Source: an uncultured Nitrososphaerota archaeon (GTDB taxonomy: Archaea > Thermoproteota > EX4484-205 > JAAOZO01). From it: a stretch of 64,000 nt of DNA. This document shows positions 30,473 to 40,614 of the stretch, one piece after another (within the stretch, counting starts at the first letter, position 1; each line of letters starts with the position of its first letter). Position numbers and translations under genes: made by a program. Where the stretch lies: the NCBI GenBank assembly GCA_964408285.1, contig CAYOYV010000001.1, positions 32,001 through 96,000 on the forward strand, given 5' to 3'. Under the pieces are notes generated by a model. The model had not been told where the DNA came from. It did not search any database and saw nothing but the letters and a program-made list of their open reading frames with translations.

Positions 30473-30624
30473 TCTGGATCGGGAAATGGGAACCTCATCG
30501 AACATTTCGTTCGCACGTGGATGAAAGTGGAAATGAGACTCTCGTCTTTCATTTTCCGTCAACTCTGTCTCCCATAGCAGTTGAATCGACCTTTGTTAAG
30601 AGACTTGGGAGGGAATCACTCTAC

Positions 30625-30903
30625 ATGCTAAGCCCGACCTCCAGATTCAAAGAATACGTGAAAGAGCGCTACCAGGATTGGGCGAGAGCAATTGCCGTGC
30701 TTGAGAAGAGCGAGAGAAGAGCCCTGAGGGAGCTCTTCGGAGCTGTCCTATCTACATCTGACAGCGCATGCTCATCCGTCATGACATTTCCCGACGATAT
30801 GATGTTCATGTTGATGCTAATCCATATAGAGTCGGAGCTGGATAGAATTAGAGACGAACTGGCGAAGTACCGAAACGATCCAGCCACGCAAGCTAGATTC
30901 TAG
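30625..30903 (+). CDS. Small helical protein resembling the PolB2-operon-associated small protein
   Basis: PTSRFKEYV..W....LEKSERRALRELF...MMFMLMLIHIESEL pattern. Confidence 0.55.
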   Translation: MLSPTSRFKEYVKERYQDWARAIAVLEKSERRALRELFGAVLSTSDSACSSVMTFPDDMMFMLMLIHIESELDRIRDELAKYRNDPATQARF

Positions 30904-31005
30904 GCTTGAGCTGCATCGCATGCATCGAAGTCAAAGGTCGACTTCTATAGGCGGACTCAAATCAATCTTATATGTCTAAATCGATCGATGCAATCGAGGG
31001 GGTGA

Positions 31006-32193
31006 ATCGAAACGGATAGGGCGAGGAGAAGGCTTCTCATACCCACGGAATCAGGAATAGCCATCTGGACGAACACAACATATTGCGGAAATAGGAGCGC
31101 AAAACTCCTTCAAATGTATTGGCATGAGGTAGCATCTGATACCGCTGGCAAGGTATTCAAGAGAATTAGCTTTGACAATGGCAGGACCTGGTCCCCTGGC
31201 TCCCTAATCTTCGAACCGATTCGTGGAGAACGAGGAGTATCTAGATGGGGGGAGAATGCATTCCTGTTCGACGAGCAAGAGGACGCAGTCATTTTCTTCC
31301 TTAACAATCATCTGTATCCAAAGAACACGTTTACTGGTGAGGTCGAGAGATTCACGAGGATCTTCTATATGATTTCCTTTGACGAAGCAGAGAGTTTCTC
31401 GGAAACTGTCCAGCTCATACAGGAGGGGTGCAATTCGGACACATGGGCAAGGGGGATCACATTCGGCAAGAACAATGCTGCAATCTCCTTCTGCGCCCCC
31501 ATCAAGACGAGAAGCACCAACATCATCCTTCCGGTCCAGATCTGTCCTGCAGACTCAGATTTCGACAATCCTTTTCTCATAAAGTGGCAGGCGGCCTGTT
31601 TCATCGGTCGGTGGGAAGGGAAGAGGATCCGATGGGATCTTTCCAAGCCGGTTAGCATCTATCCCAAGTTGTCATCTCGGGGCTTATGCGAGCCAGCAAT
31701 CGCCGAATTAATGGATGATTCGTTCTTGATGGTCTGTCGTGGAAGCAATCACACGATCCCAAACCTGCCCGGATACAAGTGGTTCTGTACTTCAAAGGAT
31801 GGTGGATATGAATGGTCAAATGTCCGACCCTTCTGCTATGATGATGGCGAGAGGTTCTACTCGCCCGCAACTGGATCGCGTCTAATCAGACACTCGAAGA
31901 ATCGGAAGCTATATTGGATTGGAAACATAGTGCCGGAGAATCCCGACGGCAACAGGCCAAGATATCCCCTTCAGATCGCTGAGGTCAATGAAGCGCGGGT
32001 TGGCCTCACCAAAAACACAGTAGGCGTCATCGAGGACAAACGACAGGGAGATTCGCCTCTTGTCCAATTTTCGAATTTCAGAGTCTACGAGGACAGGGAA
32101 ACCGGCGAGTTCGTCCTCACCATGGCAAGGATTCAGGAAAGGGGAAACGAACTCACGTCTCCTGCCTATGAATACAGGATCCAGATCCTCTGA
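31006..32193 (+). CDS. Sialidase/BNR-repeat (GH33-like) beta-propeller protein
   Basis: Asp-boxes SFDNGRTW, SFDEAESF, SKDGGYEW; frame open from 31006, first ATG at 31114. Confidence 0.8.
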   Translation: METDRARRRLLIPTESGIAIWTNTTYCGNRSAKLLQMYWHEVASDTAGKVFKRISFDNGRTWSPGSLIFEPIRGERGVSRWGENAFLFDEQEDAVIFFLNNHLYPKNTFTGEVERFTRIFYMISFDEAESFSETVQLIQEGCNSDTWARGITFGKNNAAISFCAPIKTRSTNIILPVQICPADSDFDNPFLIKWQAACFIGRWEGKRIRWDLSKPVSIYPKLSSRGLCEPAIAELMDDSFLMVCRGSNHTIPNLPGYKWFCTSKDGGYEWSNVRPFCYDDGERFYSPATGSRLIRHSKNRKLYWIGNIVPENPDGNRPRYPLQIAEVNEARVGLTKNTVGVIEDKRQGDSPLVQFSNFRVYEDRETGEFVLTMARIQERGNELTSPAYEYRIQIL

Positions 32194-32294
32194 GGCTGCT
32201 TCACGATTGGCAACGCGCATGTCTCGCAGATGTGAAATCAGAAAGGTGGGCGGGTTCGACAAGGACGAAATCGCGGAGGAAGACAGTCTCAAGG

Positions 32295-32519
32295 ATGCAA
32301 GTGGCTCGGGAATCACATATCCAGGCCTCTGGCGTCACGCTGTACGTTCGCGCGGCGGGCAATCCGAAATCGGGCAACTTGCTTGTCGCCATCAGCAGCG
32401 GGCCGGATGTTTCCAGCAGCTATATGCTCCACCTGAAGCAGTTCGCATGTCCGCAGTTTCGGGCGCGCGGAGGGGACAGAAAGGAAGTCAATGCTCTCGA
32501 ACTTCACGACTCATTCTGA
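32295..32519 (+). pseudogene. Remnant of alpha/beta hydrolase (proline iminopeptidase-like) N-terminus
   Basis: GVTLYVRAAGNPKSGNLLVAISSGPDVSSSYM is a degenerate HGGPG loop; similarity ends near 32463. Confidence 0.6.
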
Positions 32520-33892
32520 TTGGTGAATTCAAAGGCGAAAAGCCTGCTGTTTATGAGCCTGAACTGAACACGGATTTCTTTGTCACGAAGAGAGGATAGT
32601 CTTCGTCTCGTTTGTTGCTTATCTCCCCAGACAGCTTCCAGACGAAGACCGTCGCTCGTTATGGGTCGAAACTCGTCAAATCCCAGACCAGGAATCACAG
32701 TCGAGCTGTCGGCGTCAAGGATCTGGACGCTCAGGCTACCGCTCGCGGCATCAGTGTTCAAAGTGAGGCGATCGGCCGGCGGTACTACCCTGAGAGGTAT
32801 TGTCAATAAGATGCCCACCTCCTCTCCTTCCGCGACCCAAGCAACGTAGCGGTCAAGGGGCATCTTGACTATCCCGATCTGCCGCTCGGAGAAGCGGTTC
32901 TTCTTGTGTCCTTGTTTGTAGCCGCCGTAGTATAGATAGACCTCATCGCCAACGATCACCTGTTCGTCGATCCAGGAATGGGCGCGATCCCAGGTCCTGG
33001 GTTCTGTGTTTCGGTCAAAGAATATTTCTCTGTCGCGCGTCCAGTGAATGCCATCACGGGTCCACGCCAGCACTGTGTATCCTATCCCATAGGCATCTGG
33101 GTCTATCAGGGGGGGTTCATCCGCCTTGATGTCGTCGCGAAGGACCTTTACCATCCCAATCTTCAGTGGGCCCCGGGTGAGATAGGCGGACATGCCATAG
33201 AACTGCGTTTCACCCTCATCGGTCTTGTCCGGGCGCAGCACGAACCATGGCTCAGTCCAATCTATCAGATCATGGCTGAAGCTCTGCATCGTTATCCGCC
33301 GATAGCCAGTCCACTCTCTGTCGGTCATGTAGACGGAAATCGTCGCCACGTAGCAGTTGCGCAGCGGATCCCAGGAGATGTTATTGATGTCGTGGTTGTG
33401 CCGCAACACCACTCGATCTACCAGGGGTCTGAATTTCAGACCGTCGGACGAGACAGCTATTCGTAGGCCGCCGCCGTACCACCAGCCATACTTGTAGCGC
33501 CGGGTTTGGTCCGGATAAGCAGGGCCTTCATCAATGACCTCAGAGCCGAACTGGATAGGGCCTGGGTCTTTCAACACGCGATGGGGGCGGATCCAGTGGA
33601 GCCCGTCCTCGGACTCCATGTATCCAATGTGCGACCCAACTACATCGTCACGGTCACCCCAAACGCCATACCAAATGCGGAACCGCCCCGTTTCAGCATC
33701 GCGCAGGACGGTGAAGAAAGGTTGGTAACAATGATCCTCATTGCCCGTGATAAGGGGGTTGGGGATGCGCAGGTCACGTTTCGGTTGGACCACCTTCCTT
33801 CTGGCGCTCTGAACTGACTCCAAGAGGAAAGCATCGATTAGCGGCTGTGGGCCAGTGCAGACGTAAGCAGTCTTGCCCCTTGCAGGCGTCAT
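32504..33892 (-). CDS. GH32-like five-bladed beta-propeller plus beta-sandwich protein
   Basis: ESEDGLHW, SSDGLKF, TRDGIHW, YLYYGG, LTLNTDA. Confidence 0.75.
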   Translation of the reverse strand: MTPARGKTAYVCTGPQPLIDAFLLESVQSARRKVVQPKRDLRIPNPLITGNEDHCYQPFFTVLRDAETGRFRIWYGVWGDRDDVVGSHIGYMESEDGLHWIRPHRVLKDPGPIQFGSEVIDEGPAYPDQTRRYKYGWWYGGGLRIAVSSDGLKFRPLVDRVVLRHNHDINNISWDPLRNCYVATISVYMTDREWTGYRRITMQSFSHDLIDWTEPWFVLRPDKTDEGETQFYGMSAYLTRGPLKIGMVKVLRDDIKADEPPLIDPDAYGIGYTVLAWTRDGIHWTRDREIFFDRNTEPRTWDRAHSWIDEQVIVGDEVYLYYGGYKQGHKKNRFSERQIGIVKMPLDRYVAWVAEGEEVGILLTIPLRVVPPADRLTLNTDAASGSLSVQILDADSSTVIPGLGFDEFRPITSDGLRLEAVWGDKQQTRRRLSSLRDKEIRVQFRLINSRLFAFEFTNQNES

Positions 33893-34289
33893 TTCGCTTA
33901 GACCAGCACTGTCACTAACCTCCGCAGTTATTATCCACTCTTAGTCGAGATCTCAAAGTCATCGCGCACGCTCACTTCGCCGTGCCGCTGGAGTATTTCA
34001 AATATTCGTTTAGAGAAGGAGAAGGCGTGCCGGAGGGAATCCCATCCGTTCAGTGTTTCTCTTTGCCTCTCTCCTCCGATTCCTTCAGCTCGCTGTCATA
34101 TTGTTCTCTTGATCCCATCTAGATATTCTCGCCTATTCTGTCCTTCTTCCCGCGGTCTCCGGCTTCACTAGATAGCCAACCCTTTTCGGATCTGGACAAT
34201 GACTCGCGAGCCCGACGCGTTGGGATATCCTAAGCTACGAGTGCGTTGCCTTTCGGATCAATCACATCTTATATAGCGAACCTATAGCA

Positions 34290-34631
34290 TTGACCCTGAT
34301 GGAGCACGTCGAGTACTCTGACTTCAAGAAACTGAGAATGCAGGTGGGCAGCATAATCTCCGCTGAGAGAATGGCCAGAACTGAGAGGCTGTTCAGAATC
34401 GTTGTAGACGTTGGTCAGAAAACGATCCAGATCATCTCAAGCCTAGTCGGATATTACACTGCTGAAGAACTCGTCGGCAAGCAGATAGTGGTCCTAACGA
34501 ACCTCAAACCAATGGAATTCTCAGGTTCCATATCAGAAGGCATGCTATTATGTGCGGAGGATGATAAGGGGGGAATATGCGTGTTGTTGGCACCAGAGAG
34601 AAACGTGCCTGAGGGCACGATGATAACATGA
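34290..34631 (+). CDS. tRNA-binding protein (Trbp111/CsaA/MetRS C-terminal OB fold)
   Basis: DFKKLRMQVG, LVGKQIVVLTNLKP, SEGMLL. Confidence 0.9.
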   Translation: MTLMEHVEYSDFKKLRMQVGSIISAERMARTERLFRIVVDVGQKTIQIISSLVGYYTAEELVGKQIVVLTNLKPMEFSGSISEGMLLCAEDDKGGICVLLAPERNVPEGTMIT

Positions 34632-34845
34632 ACATTGGCATGCTGGTGATGCGTGAACGACTACAAGACAACACAACACTCGAAGACTGACTACCGTTGT
34701 GAAGCGACTGGCCGTGGATGTGAAGAAGCCTCTTCTGCCGATGATCCAAAAAGTCGTTGAAATCCATTCATCTCATCAACGCGAATGGCCTCCGTTTGGC
34801 AGAAAACGGTTAAGTATTCCGGATCCGGATTCCTGAGAATTCCAA

Positions 34846-36471
34846 ATGAGCCTAGGAACAAAGCGGATTGAACGGAATCGGATAAGGGAATGGTCATTGT
34901 TGTCTTCCAAGAAGTATATAGACCCTTTCAACGAGATCGAGGTTTCGGCCGTATTCACCGATCCAGACGGCGAAGTGAAGATGATTCCTGCCTTCTGGAA
35001 GGGCGCAGGTTCCTGGGGCTTAAGGTATTCCTCTCCCAAAATTGGCGTCCACACGTTCCACACGGTTTGTTCGGATGAGTCAAATCAAGGCCTTCACGGT
35101 CTGCGTGGGAAGGCAGAGGTGATAGGGCACAGGGGGAAGAATCCCTTATTCAAACATGGACCTCTCAGGGTCAGCAAAGACGGAAAGTATCTCGAACATC
35201 TAGATGGGACACCATTCTTCTGGTTGGGGGACACATGGTGGATGGGGTTTGCGAAACGTTTCCGATGGCCAGATGACTTCAAGCTCCTGACGAAGGACAG
35301 GGTCAAGAAGGGATTCAGCATCATCCAGATCGTGGCTGGCCTCTATCCTGACATGCCTCCGTTTGATCCTAGGGGCGAGAACGAGGGTGGCTTCCCTTGG
35401 GACAAAGGCTATTCTCGGATAAATCAGAGATATTTCGATTTCGCCGATAGAAGGGTCGACTGGTTGGTGGAAAACGGTCTAGTCCCCTGCATTGTCGGCG
35501 CATGGGGATATTTCATGAAGTTCGCTGGGGAAGGAGTCATGAGAAGGCACTGGAGAAATCTCATAGCTCGGTACTTCGCGTACCCCGTTGTTTGGTGCAT
35601 AGCGGGTGAGGTAACAATGCCGTATTATCTCTGGGATGAAGCGAGCGATCTGGAGAAGCGTCGGCATTATTCTTCGGAAGTCAGAGCCGCTTGGACTCGA
35701 GTGACAAACTATGTGCGCCTGATCGATCCAAACAGAAACCCGATAACAATCCATCCAAGCGGCAGCCACTTCGGTCGTGACAACGTAGACGATCCTTCCG
35801 TCCTCGACATAGATATGCTTCACACCAGCCATAGCGACATTCAAGGCCTGCCTGTTACTGTTGATAGCGTCACAACAGCAGTAGCGAGATCACCACGTAT
35901 ACCTGTCGTAGTTGGTGAAGTGACATATGAGGGAATAATGGGTGCTAGTTGGGAGAACATCCAGAGACTGATGTTCTGGGTATGTATGTTGAGTGGGACA
36001 GCCGGCCACACGTACGGGGCAAATGGAATCTGGCAGGTGAATACAAGAAGGAAGCCATTCGGTCCTTCTCCACACGGCCGGTCTTGGGTAGATACTCCAT
36101 GGGAAGATGCATACAGACTGACGGGATCAACACAAGTCGGACTTGGGAAGAAGCTGTTGCAAAGATATCAGTGGTGGAGATTCGAGCCTCACCCAGAATG
36201 GGTGGAACCTCATTGGAGCACGCAGAATTATCAAGCCCCCTATGCTGCTGGCATTTCGGAGCAAGTCCGCGTCTTCTATATGCCGTCTCCATGGCAGACC
36301 ATAAAGGTCAAGGAAATGGAAAACGCCATTGAATACCGCGCGTTCTACTACGACCCCCGGACTGGGCACGAATACAAGGCAAGTATTGCGTCTGGCGATG
36401 CGAATCATGAATGGAGGCCACCTATCGGTCCAATGCTGCAAGACCTAGTCCTTGTTCTAGAAAGGAGTTGA
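34846..36471 (+). CDS. DUF5060/DUF4038 apiosidase-like glycoside hydrolase (GH140-related)
   Basis: DGTPFFWLGDTWW, VVWCIAGE, GEVTYEG, GHTYGANGIW. Confidence 0.85.
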   Translation: MSLGTKRIERNRIREWSLLSSKKYIDPFNEIEVSAVFTDPDGEVKMIPAFWKGAGSWGLRYSSPKIGVHTFHTVCSDESNQGLHGLRGKAEVIGHRGKNPLFKHGPLRVSKDGKYLEHLDGTPFFWLGDTWWMGFAKRFRWPDDFKLLTKDRVKKGFSIIQIVAGLYPDMPPFDPRGENEGGFPWDKGYSRINQRYFDFADRRVDWLVENGLVPCIVGAWGYFMKFAGEGVMRRHWRNLIARYFAYPVVWCIAGEVTMPYYLWDEASDLEKRRHYSSEVRAAWTRVTNYVRLIDPNRNPITIHPSGSHFGRDNVDDPSVLDIDMLHTSHSDIQGLPVTVDSVTTAVARSPRIPVVVGEVTYEGIMGASWENIQRLMFWVCMLSGTAGHTYGANGIWQVNTRRKPFGPSPHGRSWVDTPWEDAYRLTGSTQVGLGKKLLQRYQWWRFEPHPEWVEPHWSTQNYQAPYAAGISEQVRVFYMPSPWQTIKVKEMENAIEYRAFYYDPRTGHEYKASIASGDANHEWRPPIGPMLQDLVLVLERS

Positions 36472-36634
36472 GAATTTCCCGGGACTCCGGACTCCTACAG
36501 CCAAGAACGAACCACGAACAGCATCTTCTAGAATTGAGAAGGTTGCGCATCGAGCTTCATGAAGCTGACAGTGGCTGTTAGGAGGTCATAACTTATTGCT
36601 CAAGCATAAATAATGAACGGTATGCAACTCCATC

Positions 36635-37705
36635 ATGGAGATACGTGAAAGAGTGCAATGCGTCCTGCGGGGAGAAATGCCAGATAGAATCCCGTGGCTG
36701 ATATACTCCGGGATTCTTCCAACTGGAAGCTTTGAGCGAGAGATGAGGGACATGGGGCTTGGACTCGTTGTTTGGGCCAATATATACAAAGCCTTCATGC
36801 CGAACGTTAGGATTGAGAACAGGACTGTCGGGGACTATCTATTCACGACCTATCGTACGCCAGTCGGTGAGCTCAGATCGAAGACAAGGATTGGAATGAG
36901 GTTCCAACGTCCAGGCGGCTCATGGACAATCGAGCATCCAGTGAAGAACACCAAAGACCTTGAGGCCCTTAGCTTCATGATCGAGGACACGGTCTATGAG
37001 CCAGATTACGAAAGCTATGATCAGATCACGGAGGACATCGGATCTGATGGCGTCGTCACAGTGTGGTCTGACTACACGCCCCTTATGAAAATCATCGTAA
37101 GGTACATGGGATATAGAACGTTCGCGATCATGTGCCACAGAAACAGGGATATGGTTGAGCGTCTGATTGAGAAGATAGATAAAAGTTATCAAAAAATGTT
37201 CAGAATAGTAGCCGAGTCTCCAGCTGAAATAGTGAGGCTAGGTGACAACATAGACTCAGTGCTCGTTTCTCCCGACCTCTTCGAGAGATATTGCCTTCCA
37301 TACTATAATTCGTATTCCGCAATTCTGAAGGCAAGAGGAAAAATCGTGATATCTCATATGGACGGTAGACTCAATGTGCTCAAGGACCTGATAGCGAGAG
37401 CAAGGCTCGATGTGATAGAGGCCTTCACCCCCCCGCCGATGGGTGATCTCCGGCCCAGTGTAGCCAAAAGAATCTGGAAGGACAAGGTCATCTGGATGAA
37501 TCTACCAGAGGAAGTCTTCTTCAGAAATTCGCAGGAGATAATGCAATACGTCTTGGAGTTGCTTGGGGAGATTGCTCCGGGAAAAGGATACATCCTTGGC
37601 ATAACGGAGGACAGCCATCCAGATCACTTCAAAAAAGGAATCAAGATTGTTACAGAAACAGTCAATGAGAAAGGAAATCTTCCAATAAGTACGCCTTTGG
37701 CTTGA
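36635..37705 (+). CDS. Uroporphyrinogen decarboxylase / MtaA-CmuA methyltransferase family protein
   Basis: RERV...PDRIP, YRTPVGEL, SPDLFERYCLPYY, SHMDG, FTPPPMGD. Confidence 0.85.
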   Translation: MEIRERVQCVLRGEMPDRIPWLIYSGILPTGSFEREMRDMGLGLVVWANIYKAFMPNVRIENRTVGDYLFTTYRTPVGELRSKTRIGMRFQRPGGSWTIEHPVKNTKDLEALSFMIEDTVYEPDYESYDQITEDIGSDGVVTVWSDYTPLMKIIVRYMGYRTFAIMCHRNRDMVERLIEKIDKSYQKMFRIVAESPAEIVRLGDNIDSVLVSPDLFERYCLPYYNSYSAILKARGKIVISHMDGRLNVLKDLIARARLDVIEAFTPPPMGDLRPSVAKRIWKDKVIWMNLPEEVFFRNSQEIMQYVLELLGEIAPGKGYILGITEDSHPDHFKKGIKIVTETVNEKGNLPISTPLA

Positions 37706-37781
37706 TGCAAGGAAACGAGGCCATTATGGTTCGAAAGTCACTTGGTCTATGTCAATCCGGATGCTTTGGTTCATTTCTATT

Positions 37782-38777
37782 CTAGAATCTTGTTGGCTCC
37801 CCCGTCATCGCTGAGGCCTTGATGCTCTCTATTATTCTCATGGCCCAGAGTGCATCTTCAGCATCCGGCTTTGGCTTGCTGCCAGAGGTCACGCACTTGA
37901 CGAAATGATCTACCTCCCGTTCATATCCTCTATTGCTATATAGGGTCGCCCAGGACAGATTCTGCTCCCAGCCAATTGAATCATGCTCCAAATCTAGGTC
38001 TGGTTCATCCATCATTCCCCTGATGGGCACGTTTCTATACCAAGAGAATCTACCGTTGTCATTGACTGCTAGATGTTGGTCTCCGACAATGGCGACTCTT
38101 TCATTTGGGCTTCCCCAAGACTCAAGGCAGTTCAATGTTATGATCCCCGTCCCACCGGTCTCAAATTCCACAAGGATCTGATAACCGAATCCAGTCTTTC
38201 CCTTGGAGTTCTTGGCGATTAGGGACTTTGGATTTCCCATAAAGAACCTCATCAAATCTGCGTGATGGACTGCATGATGCAACAGGAACGACTCCTCGTT
38301 CGCATAAGGTTGAGCGGTATATCTTGCCTCATACTGGATTACGGATCCGAATTCTTGCCGTTGAGTTGTATTCTTCAGAAGCATGTTGGCCGTAGCGAAT
38401 CTCTTCATGAAGCCAACCATGTACGAAGTCCCAATTTCCCTACTAGTCCTAAGCAACTCTTCGCTCTGTTCGCTCGTCATCGAAGGAGGTTTCTCCGTGA
38501 ATACATGAAGTTCGTAATCCTGCATGGCGATTTTGCCGATTTCATAGTGCTGACTCGGTCCAATGACCACGAAAAGGGCTTCCAGGTCTTCATTTTCCAG
38601 CATCTTCCGATAATCCGTGTACCATTTTGGAGCACCAAAGTTTCTAGCGTTTCGTCTTGCAAGATCCTCTTTCAGATCACACACTGAAACCAGATCGACA
38701 TCTGTCATCCGGAATGCCGGATATATATTCAGACTCGCATGTTTTCCGCACCCAACAAATCCCGTTTTCAGCATCAT
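37782..38777 (-). CDS. Gfo/Idh/MocA family oxidoreductase
   Basis: GFVGCG, EKP, GFMKRF, HHADL. Confidence 0.92.
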   Translation of the reverse strand: MMLKTGFVGCGKHASLNIYPAFRMTDVDLVSVCDLKEDLARRNARNFGAPKWYTDYRKMLENEDLEALFVVIGPSQHYEIGKIAMQDYELHVFTEKPPSMTSEQSEELLRTSREIGTSYMVGFMKRFATANMLLKNTTQRQEFGSVIQYEARYTAQPYANEESFLLHHAVHHADLMRFFMGNPKSLIAKNSKGKTGFGYQILVEFETGGTGIITLNCLESWGSPNERVAIVGDQHLAVNDNGRFSWYRNVPIRGMMDEPDLDLEHDSIGWEQNLSWATLYSNRGYEREVDHFVKCVTSGSKPKPDAEDALWAMRIIESIKASAMTGEPTRF

Positions 38778-38924
38778 TCGTCGTCAGGGGCCGTTGCACA
38801 TTAAAGCGTTTCTGTTCGTCTGTGGGGATTCGGTCGGGGGAGCATCAAGTATGGCGAGAATGATTTTTCTCTTACTGCGGAAATCCATATAAGTGGAAAA
38901 GGGCAGTGACCGAGTGCACATGCA

Positions 38925-39710
38925 ATGATTCCCCTTTCGTGCTCGACCTGCTGTTTCAGAGGCAGAGGGAAGGACGAGATTGAGGAAACGCTTCTATACG
39001 CACCAAAGGCCGGCTATCGATGCATTGCGCTTGGAGGACCTTTCACTTGGGAGCCTGGCCTAATCCAGTGGCTCGACAAGGATCTACTCAGACGAACGTT
39101 ATCAAGAAACCATGTGAAGCTTAGCGAGGTGTGGACACCTCCTATTCCTACAGAAAGCCCTGAGAAGGCCGAAGTCGGTGCGGAACAGATTGCTATTTCT
39201 GGTGAATTCGCGACACGGTTCGGATGCAGTATGCTTGTTCAGACCGGGGGAACCAGAACAGAAGGAGGAATCGAGAACACAATCTACGGATTGAAGTCAC
39301 TCATGGAGAAGATTGAGCACAAGCCGCTCAAAGTATGTCTTGAGCCTCATGTCAAGTCACAGATACTAGAGATAGAGGATTATGACCGGATCTTTGAGGA
39401 GATCAAAAGTGACAAACTAGGCATAACTGTAGACACTGGACACTTCCATACCGCGGGGATTGATTTCATATCATTGATTCGGAAATATCCGCATCTGATC
39501 TGGAACATCCACCTGAAGGATCATATTGGAGCACAATCAGTTCCAATAGGCAGCGGAGAGATCGACGTAGAAGGTTTGATTCGTGACCTACGGAGGATTG
39601 GCTACAAAGGCCTCTTTGTGATCGAGCTTGAAGTAATGGATCCAGAGAATGCGCCCACGTATGTGAATGAGGCATTCAGATACATGAGTCGAATTCTTGG
39701 AGATAGGTGA
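38925..39710 (+). CDS. Sugar phosphate isomerase/epimerase
   Basis: CLEPH, DTGH, IHLKD, GSGEID, VIELE. Confidence 0.88.
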   Translation: MIPLSCSTCCFRGRGKDEIEETLLYAPKAGYRCIALGGPFTWEPGLIQWLDKDLLRRTLSRNHVKLSEVWTPPIPTESPEKAEVGAEQIAISGEFATRFGCSMLVQTGGTRTEGGIENTIYGLKSLMEKIEHKPLKVCLEPHVKSQILEIEDYDRIFEEIKSDKLGITVDTGHFHTAGIDFISLIRKYPHLIWNIHLKDHIGAQSVPIGSGEIDVEGLIRDLRRIGYKGLFVIELEVMDPENAPTYVNEAFRYMSRILGDR

Positions 39711-39717
39711 ATTCAGA

Positions 39718-40530
39718 ATGCGAGCGAGACTGGGTTGCCAAACTTACACATGGGAAATGCTGGGCAACAAGTGGACAAGAGGCATCGATGACATCCTAAA
39801 CACGATTTCAGACCTTGGATTTGAGGGGATAGAGGTCTCAGTGAACATGATAGGGGCATATTACCATTCACCAATGGCCTTTCAGGATGCACTATCCCGA
39901 AGGTCTTTGGACCTTTCCGCCTTCGCCCTGAGCAGCCCATATGGATTCAGTGACCCCAAGTTCCGTGAGTTCGAACTGAAAGAGGTGCGAGCTGCTCTGC
40001 AATTTCTTACCTTTTTCCCCGGAGCGATTCTGTCACTAGGCGGTGCCACCTCAAACGAGCAAGATAGGACAAACAGATTGAGGTACGCATGCGATTTCTA
40101 TAACGCTTGTGCGAGACTCGGTTACGAAATGGGAATTGTGGTCGCAGTTCATCCGCATTCGCATCAAGGATCTCTCATAGAGACAGAAGAAGAATACGAG
40201 AATCTCATGAAGTGGACCGATTCAGACTGCCTCAAATGGAATCCTGATACGGGGCACATATCGCGTGGAGGACAGGATCTAGTTGATTGTCTCGGGAGAT
40301 ACAAGTCCCGCATTGCGCACATTCATGCGAAGGATGCTGACAGCCAAGGAAAATGGAGGCCATTAGGAAAAGGCGAGTGTGAATTGAGGGGCATGTTACA
40401 GGTCTTGAAGAATATCGGCTATTCTTCTTGGATCGTCATCGAAGACGAATCGCCTGAAGCAGGCCAAGACCCCAAACGAATCCTGGGGGAAGACCTGAGG
40501 GTGATGAGAGGGCTCGTTGAAATGGCATAG
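39718..40530 (+). CDS. Sugar phosphate isomerase/epimerase (IolE-like)
   Basis: GFEGIE, HPH, PDTGH, HIHAKD, WIVIEDE. Confidence 0.88.
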   Translation: MRARLGCQTYTWEMLGNKWTRGIDDILNTISDLGFEGIEVSVNMIGAYYHSPMAFQDALSRRSLDLSAFALSSPYGFSDPKFREFELKEVRAALQFLTFFPGAILSLGGATSNEQDRTNRLRYACDFYNACARLGYEMGIVVAVHPHSHQGSLIETEEEYENLMKWTDSDCLKWNPDTGHISRGGQDLVDCLGRYKSRIAHIHAKDADSQGKWRPLGKGECELRGMLQVLKNIGYSSWIVIEDESPEAGQDPKRILGEDLRVMRGLVEMA

Positions 40531-40614
40531 ATATTCATCAAAAGTGCGCACTTGGGCTTGGCCCAGCAACCGTTTGATGCAATAGAAGTGAAAGGACTCA
40601 ATCTCGGCATGCCC

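Noticed and set aside
33893-34289. 400-bp spacer as a hidden gene or RNA
   Set aside because: Only very short ORFs and no convincing structure were seen.
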